The notes below the pieces were generated by a model. It was not told the origin of the DNA and made no database searches. It saw only the letters and a program-made list of their open reading frames with translations. Positions 58,891-64,000 of a stretch of DNA of 64,000 nucleotides are shown in pieces (within the stretch, counting starts at the first letter, position 1; each line of letters opens with the position of its first letter). Origin of the DNA: Clostridiaceae bacterium (GTDB taxonomy: Bacteria; Bacillota; Clostridia; Saccharofermentanales; DTU023); the NCBI GenBank assembly GCA_012841015.1, contig DUVN01000014.1, positions 65,663-129,662 on the forward strand, read 5' to 3'. A program made the position numbers and the translations under genes.

Positions 58891-59454
58891 TCAAGCAGCG
58901 TGAACAATCTGCAAAACACTCTGTCCTTCTCGCAGGCATTCTAGGCAGTGCTCTCGGCATCGTTGGAACAATTCGAAACGCTCTTTTGCTATGTCTGGTT
59001 GTGAATATACTTTCCAAAGACCTGAAAAAGCAAAATTTTTGCCTTTGTTGGTGATAAAACCTAGGACGTCGTCAAGAGGGTAACCTAAAAATAGTCCAAT
59101 CTCATGAGGAAAATCATCATACTCAGTCAATTTTTTCAGTAAATGTTCAACATTAGCCTCGTAACCTTTGTTAACAGGATAGCCTAATTCGCATAAGAAG
59201 CACTGAAGCTCCGGTTGGGATAGCATAGCCTCTATCAGCTTGGGTCGATAAACAAAAATGAGCATAGAACCACTATTTCTATCTATCATATGGATTTGTA
59301 CGCCTTTTTTGTGAAGTGCTTGATCAAGCGTCCTAAGTTTCTCCCGAAACATTACGACGCAAGAAGGACGGTGGGAAAAGAGGCTTCCGGCCTTATAACC
59401 TTTTAATGTCGCTGATGTATGATGCACAAAAATTTCTTCAAAGGTGTCTTTCAT
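58891..59454 (-). CDS. DUF3793 family protein
   Basis: The N-terminus HHTSATLKGYKAGSLF and overall size resemble DUF3793, which from memory is commonly paired with flavodoxin in Clostridia. Confidence 0.6.
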   Translation of the reverse strand: MKDTFEEIFVHHTSATLKGYKAGSLFSHRPSCVVMFREKLRTLDQALHKKGVQIHMIDRNSGSMLIFVYRPKLIEAMLSQPELQCFLCELGYPVNKGYEANVEHLLKKLTEYDDFPHEIGLFLGYPLDDVLGFITNKGKNFAFSGLWKVYSQPDIAKERFELFQRCREHCLECLREGQSVLQIVHAA

Positions 59455-59485
59455 AATATCCCTAATAATGTAGTGGAATCACCGA

Positions 59486-59526
59486 GGTTAGCTACCCCTA
59501 ACCAGTAAAGTTAGTCTAACCTAACC
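59486..59526. promoter_or_regulatory. Two adjacent rGTTAG-N6-CTAACy palindromes upstream of the DUF3793-flavodoxin operon
   Basis: GGTTAG-CTACCC-CTAACC (59486-59503) and AGTTAG-TCTAAC-CTAACC (59509-59526). Confidence 0.6.
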
Positions 59527-59663
59527 TTGCTGAATTGTCAAGAGGTTTCAACCATCGAAATTTTTCTCTGAATGAAGGAGTTGTATTATTCATTGCTTTT
59601 TTATACAGATACGATTTGGTTGGTTTGGCGTTAATGGAAAGACTTCTTTTGCTAAATATTAAT

Positions 59664-59681
59664 GGTTAGTTTATTCTAACT
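59664..59681. promoter_or_regulatory. rGTTAG-N6-CTAACy palindrome upstream of the hydrolase gene
   Basis: GGTTAG-TTTATT-CTAACT, ending 52 bp upstream of ATG 59733. Confidence 0.55.
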
Positions 59682-59732
59682 ATAGGCAGCTTTTCACGTG
59701 ATTTTGAATGATTTGGCAAGAGAGGATATTCG

Positions 59733-60650
59733 ATGATACTCAGTAATAAATTAATTATGGGAGCTCTTTGGCTGTTGCATTTTTTGAATCCACCGACTCT
59801 GGATGTGGACGCCATTTATGCGCACGCTAAGAAGCATAACGAGCGTCAGGTGTTTAAGATCCCTAGGGGTAGGGGGATTGATTACGATGACCTGAGCATT
59901 CACACTGAGATCGATTCTTATCATTGTCTACGTATGAAAAGGAAGGGGCACAAGCCTGAAAGGGCTGTTCTTTATATTTGTGGCGGCGGAGGTGTATACG
60001 ACTATTGCCAAGCACAACTTGTCCTAGCGAAAAGGCTTTTGAGACGTGTGGACGCCGATATTTATTACCCGTTCTATCCTCCTGCGACAAAGAATCCCAT
60101 TAGAGAAACTTATAGAATGATTTTTGAAACGTACAGAGCTATGCTCAAACATTACAGCAACGAACAAATAGGAGTTCTGGGCTTGTCCTTCGGAGCGACG
60201 GCGGCCATGACAATGATTTCCTGGAATAATTTCTATGAGGAAAATCTACCCATGCCTGCTGTCACGATAGGATTATCCCCCGGTCATGTGCCTGCCTGTC
60301 AGGATGAAAAGGATATGCTCGAAACTTACAGAGGCATAGATCCCTTCATTCCTGTTGAATGGATCGATGCGTTTGGGCATATCCAAAAAGGGGGAGTGGA
60401 TTTGGATCATTGGATGATTCACACCTGCCATGGAGATTTTCGTAATGCCGGGGAAATTTACCTTTATTATGGCGAGAAAGAGAGTCTGGTTTATGCAGCT
60501 CCCATCTACGAGAAGTCACTTAAGAGGTCAGGGGCAAAATACCAAATCCATATAGAGCTGGGTATGCCTCACTGCTATGGGATCGGTCGGATAAACAAAG
60601 CCACTAGAACAACCTATGATGAAATTGTGGGCTTATTGAATGAACTGTAG
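59733..60650 (+). CDS. Alpha/beta hydrolase (esterase/lipase-like, GGGG oxyanion motif)
   Basis: LYICGGGGVYDY and nucleophile elbow GLSFGA; 305 aa; RBS AGAGGA. Confidence 0.7.
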   Translation: MILSNKLIMGALWLLHFLNPPTLDVDAIYAHAKKHNERQVFKIPRGRGIDYDDLSIHTEIDSYHCLRMKRKGHKPERAVLYICGGGGVYDYCQAQLVLAKRLLRRVDADIYYPFYPPATKNPIRETYRMIFETYRAMLKHYSNEQIGVLGLSFGATAAMTMISWNNFYEENLPMPAVTIGLSPGHVPACQDEKDMLETYRGIDPFIPVEWIDAFGHIQKGGVDLDHWMIHTCHGDFRNAGEIYLYYGEKESLVYAAPIYEKSLKRSGAKYQIHIELGMPHCYGIGRINKATRTTYDEIVGLLNEL

Positions 60651-60720
60651 AACCGTCAGATAACAAGTGTAAAACATGTTTTGCTTAGCTTGAGATCGCG
60701 GCAAGTTCATGCAAGCACTT

Positions 60721-61191
60721 TCATTTCTTGCTGGACGACAGAAGCTTTTGCCATTTTCTTTGCCGATGAGTGTAAAAGGCCTTAGCCCACAGAGCGACAA
60801 ACGGTGTTTTCCATCCGGCACCGATCTCCACCTCGTCCGTATAGCGCGTCGTTGCTCGATTGATCGCTTCTAGGTAGATTCTGTGATTCCAGATAGGGAC
60901 GTGTTTATTGTGCTCCTCAGTACTGATGCCTGCTTCTTCACCAGACGTCAGAACACGAATCGTATGGATGCCGAAAGGAATAAAGCCGAACAGATAGAAA
61001 CGGAAAGAAAACGTCGAGCCTTCTTCCCATATAATGTCTTGGTCGTCACCGACCGGGATGAATTTGGCATACGGGGCGGCGACATATTGAAGTGTTTCCA
61101 GTTTTAGCAGTTTCTGAAACACTTCACTTTTTCCGGCTTGAAAATGCGTCGAAATGGCGATTGTCTTCGTTTTTAAGAAACATTTATTCAT
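60721..61191 (-). CDS. Hypothetical protein, possibly SRPBCC-fold
   Basis: 156 aa with no motif recognised with certainty. It lies 5 nt downstream of the methyltransferase gene on the same strand. Confidence 0.45.
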   Translation of the reverse strand: MNKCFLKTKTIAISTHFQAGKSEVFQKLLKLETLQYVAAPYAKFIPVGDDQDIIWEEGSTFSFRFYLFGFIPFGIHTIRVLTSGEEAGISTEEHNKHVPIWNHRIYLEAINRATTRYTDEVEIGAGWKTPFVALWAKAFYTHRQRKWQKLLSSSKK

Positions 61192-61196
61192 TTTGC

Positions 61197-61901
61197 TTAT
61201 ACGTCCGTCTCAGGTAGAACTGCCTTCCTCATTAAAAAGTGAATCCATTGTCTGCCATCAATGTACAGGCAAGGTGTTCTTGCAATATGAATGATTTGTA
61301 AAACCGGGACGGATGAGAGAACCGTTTGCATACGATCCTCAGTCATATTGGCCATGAATGAGCCCAATTGCTCTCGCCATTCTTCCTCATCGCCCTCCAT
61401 AAAACTGGCGTAAACGTACCCTCTTGGCTTAAGGGCTGTAGCAATACGTGAAAAGGCATCCGGCATAGCTCGTCTTGGAATATGCAGGAGAGAACAGCAA
61501 GCCCACACCGCATCGTACAAAGCGACGTCCGACAGCTGATCGAAGCGGAGGCTCTGTACAGGCATGCCGAGTTTTTCAGAGGCGATGCGGCAGCAGGCGA
61601 TAGACGCATCGGAAGCGCTCACTTGGAACCCCAATCGCTGGAAAGTAAGAGCGTAATGACCTGTCCCACAACCTAGATCAAGAATGTGATCGCCGTCTTT
61701 AAGATAGGGTAAAAGAAACTTTTCCCAAGAAGGATACCGATCGCTAGGTACCGCTTCCTCTTCATCTATAAACCGATCATATTGGTCGATCGTTTTCTGG
61801 CAATACAGCGCCTCCTGGTGAATCATCACTTCATCTCCGATCATCATATTTTGCGCGAACTTTTTACCAGTTGAGTACGACACATACACTATCTGTTGCA
61901 C
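61197..61901 (-). CDS. Class I SAM-dependent methyltransferase
   Basis: Motif I ILDLGCGTGHYA followed by the acidic motif II region. Start uncertain, with several in-frame Met codons. Confidence 0.8.
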   Translation of the reverse strand: MQQIVYVSYSTGKKFAQNMMIGDEVMIHQEALYCQKTIDQYDRFIDEEEAVPSDRYPSWEKFLLPYLKDGDHILDLGCGTGHYALTFQRLGFQVSASDASIACCRIASEKLGMPVQSLRFDQLSDVALYDAVWACCSLLHIPRRAMPDAFSRIATALKPRGYVYASFMEGDEEEWREQLGSFMANMTEDRMQTVLSSVPVLQIIHIARTPCLYIDGRQWIHFLMRKAVLPETDV

Positions 61902-61949
61902 TCTATTAGAGACATCGCGTTTGATAGAGTCAGCAATCGTTTGCCTGGC

Positions 61950-61967
61950 GGTTAGCTTAAGCTAACA
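61950..61967. promoter_or_regulatory. rGTTAG-N6-CTAACy palindrome upstream of the methyltransferase operon
   Basis: GGTTAG-CTTAAG-CTAACA; the central 16 bp form a perfect palindrome. Confidence 0.55.
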
Positions 61968-62198
61968 TCATGTTATCAGACAGAATATCGGCAAGCAAAC
62001 GGAGCTGAATGCCAAAGTGACTTGGACAGTGAGAAGCGGGGGTCGTCCAGTTTAATCTGGCAAACCGTCTGTTCTGCTTAGTTTGACACAACGTTCATCA
62101 ATCTTCGTGGCCCGCAGAATGCCAAAGTAAACTGCACCGTCGAGTAGATATCGAAGAAGCGACTCAAACGTAGCAATCGATTAACGGTTATCGTCGTA

Positions 62199-62248
62199 TT
62201 GACTTATGTGTTGATGTAAAATATGATCATAGTTAGCAATAGCTAACT
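62199..62248 (+). promoter_or_regulatory. SigA-type promoter candidate followed by an rGTTAG-N6-CTAACy operator
   Basis: TTGACT (62199-62204), 17 nt, TATGAT (62222-62227), then AGTTAG-CAATAG-CTAACT (62231-62248). Confidence 0.5.
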
Positions 62249-62381
62249 ACCTGGCAATCTACTGTGCATGAGGAGTAATTATGTGAGAGAAAGACTTTCA
62301 AATGTTTCCTAGGTACCTCTGAGATAATACTGCCCCCTGTTTAAAATACGTGGATGCTGTTGACTTTTTATAGGAGTAAAC

Positions 62382-63077
62382 ATGATAAAACTAAGCAACG
62401 TTTCAAAGATATATCAAAGCGGTTCAACCGAGATCAGAGCGCTCGATAAGGTCAATCTGGAAGTCAAGAAGGGTGAATTTGCTGTCGTCCTCGGTCCATC
62501 AGGGTCTGGGAAGTCTACTCTTTTAAACTTGATCGGCGGAATGGATGTCGTCACTGAGGGCGCCATCGAAATTGACGGAGAAAACATAAGCACAAAGTCA
62601 GCCGCCGAAATGGAAAATTACCGGCGGGACATGATTGGTTTCGTTTTCCAGTTTTATAACCTGATTCCTTCTCTGACGGTGAGAGAGAACGTTGATATCG
62701 TGACGTCTCTGACGAAGGATCATCTCGATGTCGATGACATCATCGATTCCGTCGGTTTAGGGGAGAGAAAGTCTTTGTTTCCTTTCAATTTATCGGGCGG
62801 CGAATTGCAGCGATTGTCGATCGCACGAGCCGTCGTGAAAAAACCAAAAATTCTCCTCTGTGACGAGCCTACGGGAGCTTTGGACACAAAGACAGGCATA
62901 CGAATCTTGAAGCTGTTAAAAGAAACGGCGAAAGACTATGAGATCACTCTGATCATCGTCACGCATAACTCCAAAATTAAAGAAATCGGCGATACCGTCA
63001 TCGAATTAAAAGACGGCAAGATCGAGAGCATCACGGAAAACATGAATCCCATCGATATTGAACAGGTGGAATGGTAA
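62382..63077 (+). CDS. ABC transporter ATP-binding protein (MacB/LolD/FtsE-like)
   Basis: Walker A GPSGSGKST, signature LSGGELQR, Walker B LLCDEPTGALD. Confidence 0.9.
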   Translation: MIKLSNVSKIYQSGSTEIRALDKVNLEVKKGEFAVVLGPSGSGKSTLLNLIGGMDVVTEGAIEIDGENISTKSAAEMENYRRDMIGFVFQFYNLIPSLTVRENVDIVTSLTKDHLDVDDIIDSVGLGERKSLFPFNLSGGELQRLSIARAVVKKPKILLCDEPTGALDTKTGIRILKLLKETAKDYEITLIIVTHNSKIKEIGDTVIELKDGKIESITENMNPIDIEQVEW

Positions 63078-64000
63078 TGAAACATCTTTTCCTAAAGACG
63101 CTCAGAGATGTGAAAAACTACTGGACTCAGTTTCTCGGCGTATTTTTTATGACCTTAATTTCGATCACAATCTATGCGGGGATGGCTGTCGTCAGCCATG
63201 GACTCGACGTATCGGTTGAGCAATACGTCAACGAGAGCAATCTTGCCGATCAGTGGATCTACACGACGGGCATCACGGATGAAGATATAAGCCGCTTTGA
63301 AAAAGACGAAGGCGTTCAAGAGGTGACTTATGCGAGTCGTCTCAGAGCTGATGTAAAGGGCGGACATCAATTCTTGGAACTTACGGCTTTGAGCAACGAC
63401 ACGTTCATGAAGTCGCACCTTGTGGAAGGGGTGGCGTTCGACCCGGAAAGTGTAGGGCTTTGGCTAGACAGCAAATTTGCGCAGGAAAACGATCTAAAGT
63501 CAGGCAATGCGATCATCATCGAATATGCGGGCTTTGAAAAAGAGTTCGAGATTAAGGGACTCGTGCTCAACATCGAGAAGATGTTGTTTACCGGTTCCAA
63601 CCTTTTGACAATCCCCGATCACAAGACTTTCGGCTATGCGTTCATTGGTAAAGAGAGCCTAAATGAGCTCATCCCTTTGTATCCATACACGGAGATGAGG
63701 CTGGGCAACGGGCAAAGTCTCTCTGATGATCAACTTGAGTCCGTATTGGGCGATCGCTTTTTGTTTTCCGAGACGCGAGAGGATAAAGATTTCTTAGAGG
63801 AAGTCGCAAAAGAGTCGAATCAGATGATGAAAATGTCGATCTTGTTTTCGTTGGTATTCGTGCTCTTATCTGCCTTGACGATGTATTCTTCCATGAGTCG
63901 ATTGATTACGAATCAACGGACGATCATCGGCACGATGAAAGCCCTCGGTATCGAGGCGTGGAAGATAAAAATTCACTACGGCTTATACGGTGTCATCATC
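63077..64000 (+). CDS. FtsX-like ABC transporter permease (partial, runs off the window)
   Basis: Hand translation from ATG 63077 (TAATG overlap) is open to the window end. It gives MKHLFLKTLRDVKNYWTQFLGVFFMTLIS..., a large extracytoplasmic segment, then the FtsX-type region TIIGTMKALGI. Confidence 0.8.
   Translation, partial: MKHLFLKTLRDVKNYWTQFLGVFFMTLISITIYAGMAVVSHGLDVSVEQYVNESNLADQWIYTTGITDEDISRFEKDEGVQEVTYASRLRADVKGGHQFLELTALSNDTFMKSHLVEGVAFDPESVGLWLDSKFAQENDLKSGNAIIIEYAGFEKEFEIKGLVLNIEKMLFTGSNLLTIPDHKTFGYAFIGKESLNELIPLYPYTEMRLGNGQSLSDDQLESVLGDRFLFSETREDKDFLEEVAKESNQMMKMSILFSLVFVLLSALTMYSSMSRLITNQRTIIGTMKALGIEAWKIKIHYGLYGVII

Noticed and set aside
55421-62138. 12-nt identity GTAAACTGCACC at 55421-55432 and 62127-62138 as attL/attR of a 6.7-kb island
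   Set aside because: In 64 kb of random sequence, on the order of 100 same-strand 12-mer coincidences are expected ((64000^2/2)/4^12). The match is therefore not significant by itself, it does not overlap the tRNA 3' end, and no integrase is present.

Overview
This is a Firmicutes/Clostridia-like chromosomal segment of moderate GC, using the standard genetic code, with almost all core genes on the + strand. Positions 1-55.2 kb are syntenic housekeeping DNA. In order: a DUF4430 lipoprotein with an ECF transporter (T, fused A1A2, S); the glycine cleavage operon gcvT-gcvH-gcvPA-gcvPB; a CBS protein, a TPR protein coupled to a MATE exporter, a hydrolase, birA, a PucR regulator and tRNA-Arg(CCT). 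Next come the rimP-nusA-ylxR-infB-rbfA-nrnA-truB-ribF operon, then lgt, rodA and a nitrilase-family gene. The dcw cluster follows (mraZ-rsmH-ftsL-PBP-murF-mraY-ftsW-murG-ftsQ-sbp-ftsZ, with no murE, murD or ftsA). After it lie nrdR, an OmpR/HK pair with an HtrA-like protease, nth-recG-rsmD-coaD, ddl, two unknown proteins and tRNA-Ser(CGA). Downstream of tRNA-Ser (55.3-64 kb) the organisation becomes accessory-like with mixed strands: a PEBP-fusion lipoprotein, flavodoxin with DUF3793, hydrolase, SRPBCC-like protein, methyltransferase and a MacB/FtsX-type ABC transporter. The most unusual content is non-coding. (i) A ~0.9 kb ORF-free locus (57.5-58.4 kb) holds two degenerate repeat arrays, both with an exact 61-bp register and no cas genes in view. 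(ii) A 60-nt hairpin element in 82-bp tandem units occurs at two loci (9.09-9.38 kb and 57.86-58.0 kb). (iii) Five copies of an rGTTAG-N6-CTAACy palindrome sit in the island promoters with no regulator gene visible. (iv) birA is interrupted by a single in-frame TGA, with its C-terminal domain still encoded in frame. No identity, copy number or expression claim could be checked against databases here.
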